This document shows, in pieces, positions 47,583 to 57,450 of a stretch of 64,000 nucleotides of DNA. The stretch covers positions 7,453-71,452 of the forward strand of contig JBAYKO010000002.1 of NCBI GenBank assembly GCA_041664605.1, read 5' to 3'. The position numbers and the translations under genes are program-made. The stretch's first letter is position 1; each line of letters opens with the position of its first letter. Source of the stretch: Minisyncoccota bacterium (lineage in GTDB: Bacteria; Patescibacteriota; Minisyncoccia; Phycocordibacterales; UBA9973). Under the pieces are notes generated by a model. It searched no databases and had not been told where the DNA came from. It saw only the letters and a program-made list of their open reading frames with translations.

Positions 47583-48689
47583 ATGGAAATAAACAAATTA
47601 AAAAATTCTGAAGTTGAAATAATTGGCGAAATTAGTGCTGAGGACTTTAAAAAATACGAAGAAAAAGCATTTGAAAAACTAGGAGAAAATATAGAAGTAG
47701 ACGGTTTTAGGAAAGGAAAAGTTCCAAGAAATATTTTAGAGGGTAAAATTCCTGAAATGAGCATACTTGAAGAAATGGCGGAAATGGCCCTGGCTGAAAA
47801 CTACCCAAAAATAATTATCGACAATAAGATCGACGCTATAAGCCGACCAGAAATTTCTATTACAAAAATTGCAAAAGGTGAGGCTCTTGGTTTCAAAATC
47901 AAAACTGCCGTAATGCCTGAAGTTAAACTTACTGATTATAAAAAAATCGCTAGTGCTGAAAACAAAGACAAAATAAAGGTTGAAGTCACTGATGAAGAAT
48001 TTGAAAAAACAATCTTAGAAATAAGAAAAATGAGGGCTCCAAAATTCGAAGGACAAGAAGAAGAACATAAGTGCGAAAACGAGAATTGTGAACATAAACC
48101 AGCTGAAATTAAAGCTAAATCCGACGCAGTCGGATCGCCCGACTCTTCTAAAGAAGAGTTTAGAGAAGAAGACCTCCCTACCCTAGACGATGACTTTGTA
48201 AAAACACTTGGAAAATTCGAAAACGTAGAAGATTTTAAAAATAAATTAAAAGAAAACATTCAAAAAGAAAAAGAAGTTACAGAAAAACAAAAGAAAAGGC
48301 TAAAAATAGTAGAGAAAATAATAGAAGAGTCTGTTATTGAATTACCTAGAATCTTGATCGATGTCGAACTAGATAAAATGATGCATCAAATGAAAGGTGA
48401 CATTTTAGCTATGGGGCTTCCATTTGAAGATTATTTAAAACATTTACAAAAAACAGAAGACGATATTAAAAAAGATTGGGAAAAAGAAGCAGAAAAGAGA
48501 GCAAAACTCCAACTTATAATCAATAAAATCCCACTAGACGAAAAAATTGAAGCTGAAAAAGATGCTGTTCAAAAAGAATTAGATGTAATTTTGGAACAAT
48601 ATAAAGACGCCGATCCAGAAAGAGCGAGAATTTATGTTGAATCAGTACTGACTAATGAAAAAGTATTTCAATTTCTCGAGAACCTCTAA
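47583..48689 (+). CDS. tig: Trigger factor (PPIase domain reduced)
   Basis: VDGFRKGKVP ribosome-binding signature; LPTLDDDFVK. Confidence 0.95.
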   Translation: MEINKLKNSEVEIIGEISAEDFKKYEEKAFEKLGENIEVDGFRKGKVPRNILEGKIPEMSILEEMAEMALAENYPKIIIDNKIDAISRPEISITKIAKGEALGFKIKTAVMPEVKLTDYKKIASAENKDKIKVEVTDEEFEKTILEIRKMRAPKFEGQEEEHKCENENCEHKPAEIKAKSDAVGSPDSSKEEFREEDLPTLDDDFVKTLGKFENVEDFKNKLKENIQKEKEVTEKQKKRLKIVEKIIEESVIELPRILIDVELDKMMHQMKGDILAMGLPFEDYLKHLQKTEDDIKKDWEKEAEKRAKLQLIINKIPLDEKIEAEKDAVQKELDVILEQYKDADPERARIYVESVLTNEKVFQFLENL

Positions 48690-48870
48690 TTAAAACTGGA
48701 ATTAATTTAAACAAAGATAATCTAAATTTATTACTTCTCGCCCCGCACTAAAAAATTTGAGCATTAGTTGAATTTTTTTAGTGCTGGGGTGTTCGAATTT
48801 CTAGAGAATCAATAAAATACAATAAAAATAACAGCCGTTTGCAATTTTGTCGCAAACGGCTGTTTTAATA

Positions 48871-49359
48871 TTAATCTCTGTTATAAGGAAAAACATAACC
48901 AGTATTAAACGTTTTCTTGGGTGCTGAACTTTTTATTTTCCCATCCAAATACATTTGAAGGATTTTTGCCGTATCAACCGAGGTCTTTAACTCAAAGATA
49001 ACTAAACTAGCAGACCCAGTAACAGAAAATGTGGCAGCACTAACTTTTAAATCTTTATGGGAATCAAGAAAATGACTTATTTTTTGACCAAATTCGCTCT
49101 GGTGATATGTCTCAAAAGTATAGACATTATTCCCAAAATTAGTAATACCGTTTTCTTCTTTTATTATTTTTGCAATAGTGTCACTAGAACCGGCAACTTG
49201 TTTGATGGAAGCAATGACATTGTTGTCAGTTTTATTTCCTGACGAACAAGATGTCAAAGGTCCCATAACACTGGGAATAGCTATAATAAACAGAAGAAAT
49301 AAAATTGCATAAAATTTTTCTAATCTCTCTTTTCTGAGAGAACCTTTTTTACTTTCCAT
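48871..49359 (-). CDS. Orphan cassette protein, N-terminal TM/lipoprotein-like
   Basis: Promoter TTGACA-16-TAATGT-tggggc-AGAAATGT at 49375-49416; terminator at 48826-48866. Confidence 0.75.
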   Translation of the reverse strand: MESKKGSLRKERLEKFYAILFLLFIIAIPSVMGPLTSCSSGNKTDNNVIASIKQVAGSSDTIAKIIKEENGITNFGNNVYTFETYHQSEFGQKISHFLDSHKDLKVSAATFSVTGSASLVIFELKTSVDTAKILQMYLDGKIKSSAPKKTFNTGYVFPYNRD

Positions 49360-49513
49360 ATAATTTATTTTAGAACATTTCTGCCCCAACATTACCAAAT
49401 ATCAAAATATTGTCAATCCCAACTTGGACATCGGATGTCCAAGTTGGGGAAAATCAATAAAATAGTTACACAAAAGCCCCTGGTTGGGGGGCTTTTTATA
49501 AAGAGCTAAAATA

Positions 49514-50131
49514 CTATGCTTTGTCCATCCATGCCCAGAATGATTTCCATCCTGCAGGTACTTTTACAATAAATTTGAAAAGATTATACCCGAGAGCCGA
49601 AATCATAAATATGGCAGTATAAACAATAAGACAAAATGTTACTACTATGACAGCATTTGGAATTCCCCAAATTATGGTAGTGCAAAGGAAAATCCCAAAT
49701 AAAGAGACAATTGCCCTATTTATGATTGCTTTAACTTTACTTGAACCATCATAAGGGAGGTCCTGACATGCCATTAACATAGTAAAGCCAGTCACGACAA
49801 GGTATCCGTAGAAAACACCAGTATCTATTGATGCAAAACTGCAAAGAAAACATAATACAGATATTGCAGCCACAACTATAATTCCGGGATTAAAACCATC
49901 ATCTTTGTCTGATAATACAAAAATCAACAGACAGAATGGAATAATTACCAGTAAATCCCAAAATCTGGAAATAGGGCTTCCTGCGTCAAAAATCCACAGG
50001 TTAAACAAATTGAATTCAATTAACGGTGATTGCCTTGCGTATTCTGCCGGTAAAATATGTGGCATAACAAACAACCAGATTAATCCGAGAAGGATCGTTG
50101 CAAGAACTGAATACTTTAATGTCTTTTTCAT
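49514..50131 (-). CDS. Orphan cassette multi-pass membrane protein
   Basis: About 6 hydrophobic segments; promoter at 50162-50202; terminator at 49473-49497. Confidence 0.75.
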   Translation of the reverse strand: MKKTLKYSVLATILLGLIWLFVMPHILPAEYARQSPLIEFNLFNLWIFDAGSPISRFWDLLVIIPFCLLIFVLSDKDDGFNPGIIVVAAISVLCFLCSFASIDTGVFYGYLVVTGFTMLMACQDLPYDGSSKVKAIINRAIVSLFGIFLCTTIIWGIPNAVIVVTFCLIVYTAIFMISALGYNLFKFIVKVPAGWKSFWAWMDKA

Positions 50132-50413
50132 AGCATAAAATTTAAAGGTTCATGAATATATTTATCTAACACAATTATAGCATTTTCAAGTTTGAATGTC
50201 AATCCCCACACTTAGTTCCCTATAAAACCCTTTATTTTCAAAAGATTTTTTGTGCCTCTGGAGATTTCCACCACATAGGTCTTGCCTATGGGGTTGAAAA
50301 TGGTACCCAAAAACATATTTATGAACATGTTTATTATTTTTTAAAATTGCTGTACAATTAAAAAGAAATTTATAAGTAACTTGTCCCGCCATCGGCGTGG
50401 ATTGAAAAAATCT

Positions 50414-50719
50414 ATGTTTTTAGGAAATGAAATAGAAAAAACAATAAACTTATCCCCTGAAGAGCTTATATCAAAGAAAGAAACTGAAATAAAGCGTCTT
50501 GAAAAACTAAGAGCAAACACAAAAAATAATCTCGATAAGGAAAAAGAAGAAAGAATAAATCCTAAAAAACCAGAAAAAACAGATAAAAATTTTTTGAAAT
50601 GGGTAGATGAAACAGAAGATGAACTTGCGGGATATACAGTTACAATCATTAGGTTAGAACAAGAAGTTGAGGAGATAAAAGAAAAAAATAAAGAAAAATC
50701 ACATCAAATCGCTGCTTAA
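50414..50719 (+). CDS. Hypothetical coiled-coil protein
   Basis: K/E-rich ORF; start uncertain. Confidence 0.55.
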   Translation: MFLGNEIEKTINLSPEELISKKETEIKRLEKLRANTKNNLDKEKEERINPKKPEKTDKNFLKWVDETEDELAGYTVTIIRLEQEVEEIKEKNKEKSHQIAA

Positions 50720-50762
50720 TAAAAATTTTTTATATTATTAATTTATTATTGATTTTAATTAA

Positions 50763-50793
50763 CTAGTCACTAGAACCTAGTCGCTAGTTGCTA
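50763..50793 (+). repeat. Five-unit CTA-N4 heptamer array in clpP leader
   Basis: CTA at 50763, 50770, 50777, 50784, 50791; 6 nt before ATG. Confidence 0.8.
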
Positions 50794-50799
50794 ACCAAC

Positions 50800-51393
50800 A
50801 TGTTAATACCTACCGTTATAGAAAAATCACAATTTGGCGAAAGAGCTTATGATATCTATTCTCGATTACTTAAAGAACGCATTATCTTTTTAGGTGGTGT
50901 TATTGATGACGATGTCGCAAATATTATTATTGCTCAACTTATTTTTCTTGAACACGAAGATCCGAAACAAGATATTAAACTTTATATAAACTCCCCTGGC
51001 GGATCTGTCACTTCAGCTATGGCAATTTTTGACACAATGAATTATATAAAACCAGAAGTTCAAACAATTTGTGTTGGTGTTGCTGCTTCAGCAGCTGCTG
51101 TTTTACTTGCTTCTGGTAAAAAAGGAAAAAGATTTGCACTTCCAAATGCAGAAGTAATGATTCACCAAGTTATGGGTGGAACAGAAGGACAAGCTTCTGA
51201 TATTGAAATAGCGGCAAAACATATTTTGAAAACTAAAGAAAAATTAAATAAAATTTTAGCTAAAAGTACTGGCAAAACTCCAGCTCAAATAGAAAAAGAT
51301 TCTGATAGAGACAATTATATGTCAGCAGAGGAAGCAAAAGCTTACGGAATTATAGATGAAATAATAGATGAGACTAAATCGAGAAAATCTTAA
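50800..51393 (+). CDS. clpP: ATP-dependent Clp protease proteolytic subunit
   Basis: [32 protein letters not shown]. Confidence 0.98.
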   Translation: MLIPTVIEKSQFGERAYDIYSRLLKERIIFLGGVIDDDVANIIIAQLIFLEHEDPKQDIKLYINSPGGSVTSAMAIFDTMNYIKPEVQTICVGVAASAAAVLLASGKKGKRFALPNAEVMIHQVMGGTEGQASDIEIAAKHILKTKEKLNKILAKSTGKTPAQIEKDSDRDNYMSAEEAKAYGIIDEIIDETKSRKS

Positions 51394-51470
51394 TCACCCA
51401 AAGAAAACTAAAACCAAAATAGAAATACAAAAGCCGTTCCGGTAATCCCGGAACGGCTTTTTAAATACTG

Positions 51471-52196
51471 TCATTCTGTTTTTTTACTTATTTCATCTTC
51501 CATAAAAGGTGACAACCCAATTTTTTCAAAAATAGAAATAAATTGTGCGGTTATCAAAACATACTTTGAGGTATTAAAATATAGGTGATTTTTTTGAAAA
51601 CATTCTTTTTGTCCTTCTTCTATTTCAATAAGGATTGTTTTTTCCTCAATCAATTTATCACGAAAAACATTTAGATATTCTTTATCATTTCCAGAAACTA
51701 TGGTAATGATAAAAGATTCTACTTCTTTAGCCCATTCTGAATTAGGAAAAACCCTATTTTGATTAAGAGCTCCAACAAAAATAGATACAACTCGCTGAAT
51801 ATTTAGCCCTTCTTTAATCAATTCATTAAAGATACCTAAAAGAAATTCTCTTTTTTCTTCTTCGGGCTTATTGACATTCCTAAGAAAAAAACCAAACACA
51901 GTATAAGTGCATTCATCAAAAAATCGCCTCATACCAAATTCAACAAAAGTTCTCATTCCAAATAAACTATCTATGGATAACTTTTTTATTTCAAATAAAC
52001 AAAAATCATTATTATTGGTATCCCCCATAAATAATTTTTGTAATAACACGACTTTTTTTTCAGAGAAATAATTGTACTTTTTACATACATTTAATTTTCT
52101 TTTAAGAGAAATAAGTGTAATACCACCCCAAAGGATAATAATCGCACCAACTACAAAAATCAAAATCAAAATAACACTCATATTAACAGTAGTCAT
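51471..52196 (-). CDS. Orphan cassette protein, N-terminal TM
   Basis: Promoter TTGACA-17-TAGAAT-6-AGA at 52229-52266; SD AGGAGGT; shares terminator 51429-51462 with clpP. Confidence 0.75.
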   Translation of the reverse strand: MTTVNMSVILILIFVVGAIIILWGGITLISLKRKLNVCKKYNYFSEKKVVLLQKLFMGDTNNNDFCLFEIKKLSIDSLFGMRTFVEFGMRRFFDECTYTVFGFFLRNVNKPEEEKREFLLGIFNELIKEGLNIQRVVSIFVGALNQNRVFPNSEWAKEVESFIITIVSGNDKEYLNVFRDKLIEEKTILIEIEEGQKECFQKNHLYFNTSKYVLITAQFISIFEKIGLSPFMEDEISKKTE

Positions 52197-52651
52197 ATTC
52201 ACCTCCTTTTAAATAACTATTTAAAATATCTGCCCAAATTCTACAAAATATTGAGTTGTTTGTCAACAAGCAGTAAAGTTTAATTAGAGCAGAGCGTCTT
52301 TTTTGAAAAAGACGCCCTGCTTGTATTTCTATTAGACAACAAAAATTAAAGGTGATAATATGTAGTTATCGAAATTTTATAAATTTTAGTCAAAAAATGC
52401 TTAGCTTAAAGAATAATTATTGTCTTAGCCCAGCCAAAGGCGGGCAGGTTCCAGAACCGAAAGAAGAGTTAAACAAATCGAAAAAACCTTTATTTATCTT
52501 ATGTATTCAAAACTTTTTCCAAAAAACGAAGTAAAAATAGAGAAAAAAATACATATCTAAAACCTACCTGCCGGTAGGCAGGCTTAGAAATCTAAGACAA
52601 TTTTGATGTTCCTAAAGCAAACCCACAAAAAATGGGCTGGCATAGAACATT

Positions 52652-54178
52652 ATGAGTTTACAATTAATATTACTTGGCATCGCAACATTAATCGTTGGCG
52701 GTGCAATCGGATACTATCTTCGATTTGTCATTTCCCTTGGAAAAAGGGGTGGCGTTGAGCTTGAAATCAAGCAAATGCTTCTTGGGGCAAAAGAAGAAGC
52801 CCAAAAAATCTTAGATGAGGCAAATAAAAAGGCCGAAGAAAAGACTAGTGAGCTAAAGGAAGTAGAAAAAACAAAAGAACAAGAGTTCAAAAAAACAGAA
52901 GACCGCCTTATTAAAAAGGAGGAGCTTTTGGATGGTAGACAAGTCGAAATCGACAGAGAAGTCGAGGGAATAAAGGTGAAAGTTGAAGAAATAAAGAAAA
53001 TTAGAGAAAGAACCGACAAAATGGAAGAAGAAAAGGAAGGTGAATTAGAAAAAATTGCTAGATTAACAAAAGAAGAAGCAAGAGACGAACTTCTCAACAC
53101 CATTGAAAAAAGATACGAAGAAGATTTCTTGATTAGAATGCAAAAGCTAGAAAATATGAGTGAAGAAAAATTGGACAGAAAAGCAAAAGATATCCTTGCA
53201 ACAACAATTCAAAGACTTTCATCATCCACAGCATCAGAACTTATGACAACTGTTGTAAATATTCCATCTGATGACATTAAAGGAAAAATTATTGGAAAAG
53301 AAGGAAGAAACATTCGCGCATTTGAAAGAGCATCAGGTGTTGAACTTATTGTTGATGACACACCAGGCTCAATTATTATTTCATCTTTTGATCCAGTAAG
53401 AAGACAAGTGGCAAGACTTGCCCTTGAAAATCTTATTTTAGATGGAAGAGTACAACCAGCAAAAATTGAAGAGATGGTTGAAAAAGCGAAAGAAGAAATA
53501 AATAAAATTATAAAAGAAAAAGGCGAACAAGCGGTTTATGAATGTGGAATATTTAATTTAGATCCAAGAATCACCGCAATTTTAGGAAGACTTTATTTCA
53601 GAACAAGTTATGGACAAAATGTTTTACAACATTCTATTGAAATGGCTCACATTGCAGGAATGCTAGCAGAAGAATTAGGAGCTGACGTTTCAATTGCAAA
53701 AGCAGGAGCATTGGTGCACGACATCGGAAAAGCGCTTGATCATGAAGTTCAGGGAACACACATTGATATTGGAATCAGAATTTTGCAAAAATTTGGCGCT
53801 GATCCAAAAATTGTTACTGCAATGAAGTCGCACCACGAAGATTATCCTTATGAAACAATTGAATCAATCATTGTTCAAACAGCTGACTCGATCTCAGGAG
53901 GAAGACCAGGAGCAAGAAGAGATACTATTGAAAATTATTTAAAGAGACTAGCTGATTTAGAAGCTGTTGCAAATGGTTTTCAGGGTGTTGAAAAATCTTA
54001 TGCTCTGCAAGCAGGACGTGAAATAAGAGTATTTGTTATCCCAGATAAAATTTCAGATATCGAAGCAAAAAATATGGCACGCGAAATGGCAGTTAAAATA
54101 GAAAACGAACTTAAATATTCAGGTGAAATTAAGGTGACGGTCATACGAGAGAATCGAGTTATAGAATACGCCCGATAA
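52652..54178 (+). CDS. rny: Ribonuclease Y
   Basis: N-terminal TM, coiled coil, KH (KGKIIGKEGRNIR), HD (HDIGK), QAGREIRV. Confidence 0.98.
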   Translation: MSLQLILLGIATLIVGGAIGYYLRFVISLGKRGGVELEIKQMLLGAKEEAQKILDEANKKAEEKTSELKEVEKTKEQEFKKTEDRLIKKEELLDGRQVEIDREVEGIKVKVEEIKKIRERTDKMEEEKEGELEKIARLTKEEARDELLNTIEKRYEEDFLIRMQKLENMSEEKLDRKAKDILATTIQRLSSSTASELMTTVVNIPSDDIKGKIIGKEGRNIRAFERASGVELIVDDTPGSIIISSFDPVRRQVARLALENLILDGRVQPAKIEEMVEKAKEEINKIIKEKGEQAVYECGIFNLDPRITAILGRLYFRTSYGQNVLQHSIEMAHIAGMLAEELGADVSIAKAGALVHDIGKALDHEVQGTHIDIGIRILQKFGADPKIVTAMKSHHEDYPYETIESIIVQTADSISGGRPGARRDTIENYLKRLADLEAVANGFQGVEKSYALQAGREIRVFVIPDKISDIEAKNMAREMAVKIENELKYSGEIKVTVIRENRVIEYAR

Positions 54179-54292
54179 TAAATAGGTTGTATGTTTTAGG
54201 GGATAGGTTGTAGTAAATACAGAAAAAGCCGGCATTTGCCGGCTTTTTTAAAAAAAATCATTCAATAAAACTATCAGTTACGAAAATAACAA

Positions 54293-54952
54293 TTAATGTA
54301 ACATCAATTTTTTTGCAGCCCCCTCTAGTAAATCGGGATAAAATGGTTCTTCATTCAGCCTATAAGATAAACCCGGCTGGCAATATATTTTCTTCTTTTC
54401 CTTCATTCCTTTAATGTAGGCATAATAAGGTGAAGTAAGTAATGCATTAGGAAGTAAATTCTCCAAATCCCCATTTTTTCTGAACATACGAATTTGGGCA
54501 TCTTCAGCATTAAAATAAATTGGCAATATTCCAAAATAATCGTTCTTATTAGGAATTAGATTGTTTATCTCACTACAATTACCCATAATTACTCTCCCAT
54601 TTCTTGAAAACAATGTTATAAATCCGATATTACCTATGTTTAATTGTTCCAATTCAATAGCTTTGCTTTGTAATTCTTTTGTTTTGAATGGTACATCGTT
54701 TACGTAATGATCATCATAATAGACATCAGTATCAAGATAGGGCTTTATTGGACAAGTTAATTGCTGTTGAGGCATCAGGTCGTGCATTCCTCTATTTGTT
54801 ACTTTTCTCAATTGAAGGCTTTCTTTAGAAAAGCCTATTGGAACAATAAGAACATAATCATTTTGATCAGGTAATAATTTATTAAATTCATTACACCCTA
54901 CAATGATTATTCTTTTATGACTTGCTGTCATTTGCATAAAATCTATTTTCAT
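54293..54952 (-). CDS. Orphan cassette protein with internal two-fold repeat
   Basis: Two ~100-aa homologous halves; promoter at 54971-55009; shares terminator 54223-54249 with rny. Confidence 0.75.
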   Translation of the reverse strand: MKIDFMQMTASHKRIIIVGCNEFNKLLPDQNDYVLIVPIGFSKESLQLRKVTNRGMHDLMPQQQLTCPIKPYLDTDVYYDDHYVNDVPFKTKELQSKAIELEQLNIGNIGFITLFSRNGRVIMGNCSEINNLIPNKNDYFGILPIYFNAEDAQIRMFRKNGDLENLLPNALLTSPYYAYIKGMKEKKKIYCQPGLSYRLNEEPFYPDLLEGAAKKLMLH

Positions 54953-55321
54953 AATATGTACTTTAAAATTTCTGCCTATAATTGTACTAAATTAAAATTG
55001 TTTTGTCAACATAAGACTATTTCTATATAGTATATAGGGTAATTATAAAAAAGCCTTATGAACAAAGGGTGAAATTTTGTTCACAAAATTTCACCCAAAT
55101 CCCCTTGTTTTATAAGACTTTATAACTTTACAACTTTATGAACTTTCTACTTTTTTTGCTTGCCTTAAAAAACCCTTGTTATATAATAGTATACGAAGCA
55201 CATTGGTAAAAAGGTGTTTATAGAATAAAGTCTTTTCATAATAAATGTGAGAAGATATTAGGTCGAAAAATTTTTAAATAATAAATTATTAGTTGATAGT
55301 TTTTAGTCTTTAGTTTTAATA

Positions 55322-55352
55322 CTATTCACTACAACCTATAACCTATAACCTA
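55322..55352 (+). repeat. Five-unit CTA-N4 heptamer array in hup leader
   Basis: CTA at 55322, 55329, 55336, 55343, 55350; 5 nt before ATG; inverted TAG array at 55290-55320. Confidence 0.8.
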
Positions 55353-55357
55353 ATTAA

Positions 55358-55630
55358 ATGAATAAACAAGCAATTGTAGAAATGGTTCACGAAAAAATCG
55401 GTGGAACAAAAGTTCAAGCTGAGGAAATCGTAGACTCAATAATTGATTCTATTATAAAGACTTTGAAGAAAGGCGATGAAGTTTCAATCGCAGGTCTTGG
55501 AATCTTCTCCGTAAAAGCAAGAGCAGCAAGAACAGCAAGAAACCCAAAAACTGGAGCAGCTGTACAAGTTCCAGCAACAACGGTTCCAAAGTTCAGAGCA
55601 GCAAAGGCATTGAAAGATGCAGTAAAATAA
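55358..55630 (+). CDS. hup: DNA-binding protein HU
   Basis: MNK...GLGIF...RAARTARNPKTG...PKFRAAKALKDAVK. Confidence 0.97.
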   Translation: MNKQAIVEMVHEKIGGTKVQAEEIVDSIIDSIIKTLKKGDEVSIAGLGIFSVKARAARTARNPKTGAAVQVPATTVPKFRAAKALKDAVK

Positions 55631-55698
55631 AATTTTTCTCTAGAGAAAAAGAAAAAATTCCACAAATTTGTGGAATTTTTTCTTTTAAAAATAACTTC

Positions 55699-55718
55699 CC
55701 TGCCTACCGGCAGGCAGG
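55699..55718. repeat. REP-like palindrome CCTGCCTACCGGCAGGCAGG
   Basis: Near-perfect palindrome; reverse-oriented relative at 52563-52582. Confidence 0.65.
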
Positions 55719-55788
55719 TTCTCGCGCGCGAAAAGAAACTTAAACAAAAAAATCCACACTATGTGGATTTTTTTGTTTGTAATTTTAT

Positions 55789-56439
55789 TTAAACTATTTT
55801 CTTAGATTCCCCATAATTATCATTTCTCATATTTTCACTGATTCTTGTTTTTAATCCATCAATTCTCTTTATTGTGTCCCAAAAATTTTTAACATCCTTC
55901 TTTCCGTTATAATTTTGATTAGTGTTTAAGATGGTTTTCAATTTTTCATATACCTCTGGAGCAGTTAACTCGGTAGAATTATTAGCTTTAATCATGTCAT
56001 TAATTTGTTTTCCAGAATCTGTTGTCAAAAGAAACTCTTTTACAGCAGAATGTTTTATATATTCTAAACGCTCTGATCTTTTTGCCCAAATTTCTTTATT
56101 TGTTTCATGGAAATCACTGTCTTTTTTGATTTCTGAAATTTGATCTGAGATATCATCAATCTCTTTTTCTATTGGACCAAGTACTCCAGAAAAAGTTTCA
56201 GACCGCTTTGGATTTTCATATCTTTCCCCAGCCATAACAGAAGTTCCTCTTTCTTCTAAAGCTTTTTTCATGTCATCGGATGGTTCACTTTTTTCAAGAA
56301 TACCAGATACATTCTTTTTTACCCCTAGTTCCTTAAGTCCTATTGTTGCATCCCTATGCTCTTCTCTTTTCTCTGTTTTTTGAGCTTCGAGTTCTTGTAT
56401 CTTTTTTTTATTTTCCCCTATCTTTTCTAAATTAAACAT
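55789..56439 (-). CDS. Hypothetical helical protein
   Basis: K/E-rich ORF. Confidence 0.65.
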   Translation of the reverse strand: MFNLEKIGENKKKIQELEAQKTEKREEHRDATIGLKELGVKKNVSGILEKSEPSDDMKKALEERGTSVMAGERYENPKRSETFSGVLGPIEKEIDDISDQISEIKKDSDFHETNKEIWAKRSERLEYIKHSAVKEFLLTTDSGKQINDMIKANNSTELTAPEVYEKLKTILNTNQNYNGKKDVKNFWDTIKRIDGLKTRISENMRNDNYGESKKIV

Positions 56440-56564
56440 ATTTTTACTCCACAAAAAGTGGGTCTATTATTAATTATTAAAATAATACATTAAAAAGGTG
56501 TTTTAACTATAAATACCCCCTTAAATAAGGATACAATAAATTTATAGAAAATGGAAATAATTCA

Positions 56565-57296
56565 TTAGATAAGTGTCGTTACCAAAAAAATAAATATCAC
56601 CCCAAAAATTGTAGCCAATAAAGTTTTAAAAGATGAATTTTCTCTGTGAGCTTCCGGTAAAATATCAGAGACCCCAATATACAAAAGAAAACCAGCAAAA
56701 AATCCTAGATAAATAATTAGCGCTCCCTTTGGAAGAGTAAAAAATAAAGTTGAAATTCCTCCAAGCACAGGCGCAAGTGCGCTAAAAAATAAAAACTTTT
56801 TTGCCCTACTCTCACTATTTTTATGATTCAACATTAATGAAACCGTGTTTAGCCCATCAGAAAAATCATGAGCAATCACAGCAAGCGCAATCAATATTCC
56901 TGTGGCTCCTGAAACCTGAAAACCAAGACCAATCGCAACACCATCTAAAAATGAATGCCCTATTAAGGCCATGGCTTGCGCTACACCAACCGTAGGATGT
57001 TTGTGTGGACCATAATCATCTTCATGACTGTGGTGAATTAAAATTGTTTTTTCAAGTGTATGAAAAAGTAAAAACGCAACAACAAGAGCAATCATTGGAT
57101 AAAGTGGATTCATTCCCGTCTCCCCTATTAAATTTATAATTTCAGGAAAAACATCAAAAGCAATAACCGCCAAAATAACCCCAGCGGTAAAACCAAGAAT
57201 TATTCGTAAATTTTTTTTAAATTTAAGACCAAAAAAACCCCCTAAAATAGTGGATATGAATGTAAGAAAAATAAAAAATAAAAATGATGGATTCAT
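56565..57296 (-). CDS. ZIP family metal transporter
   Basis: GHSFLDGVAIG, AHDFSDG, His-rich loop, DILPEAH. Confidence 0.93.
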   Translation of the reverse strand: MNPSFLFFIFLTFISTILGGFFGLKFKKNLRIILGFTAGVILAVIAFDVFPEIINLIGETGMNPLYPMIALVVAFLLFHTLEKTILIHHSHEDDYGPHKHPTVGVAQAMALIGHSFLDGVAIGLGFQVSGATGILIALAVIAHDFSDGLNTVSLMLNHKNSESRAKKFLFFSALAPVLGGISTLFFTLPKGALIIYLGFFAGFLLYIGVSDILPEAHRENSSFKTLLATIFGVIFIFLVTTLI

Positions 57297-57316
57297 GGTT
57301 AAAATTAGCGGGTACG

Positions 57317-57450
57317 CCCGCACACTGACTTTGCCATTATTCTGCTTTTTAAATATAAAAAATTTATTTTAAATAACTTAACTGAACATAATTTGTGTTG
57401 AGACTATATCTATCGGCAGAATAAAAGCAATGGCAAAGTAAGTGTGCGGG
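57317..57450. mobile_element. 134-bp CCC...GGG mini-element overlapping tRNA-Gly(GCC) 3' end
   Basis: cccgcacactgactttgccatt / aatggcaaagtaagtgtgcggg; same length and internal motifs as 42197-42330. Confidence 0.65.

Noticed and set aside
39838-51473. Alternative genetic code (TGA=Gly) as in Gracilibacteria/Absconditabacteria
   Set aside because: Long conserved genes translate fully under code 11 and TGA terminates ORFs (40056, 51471)
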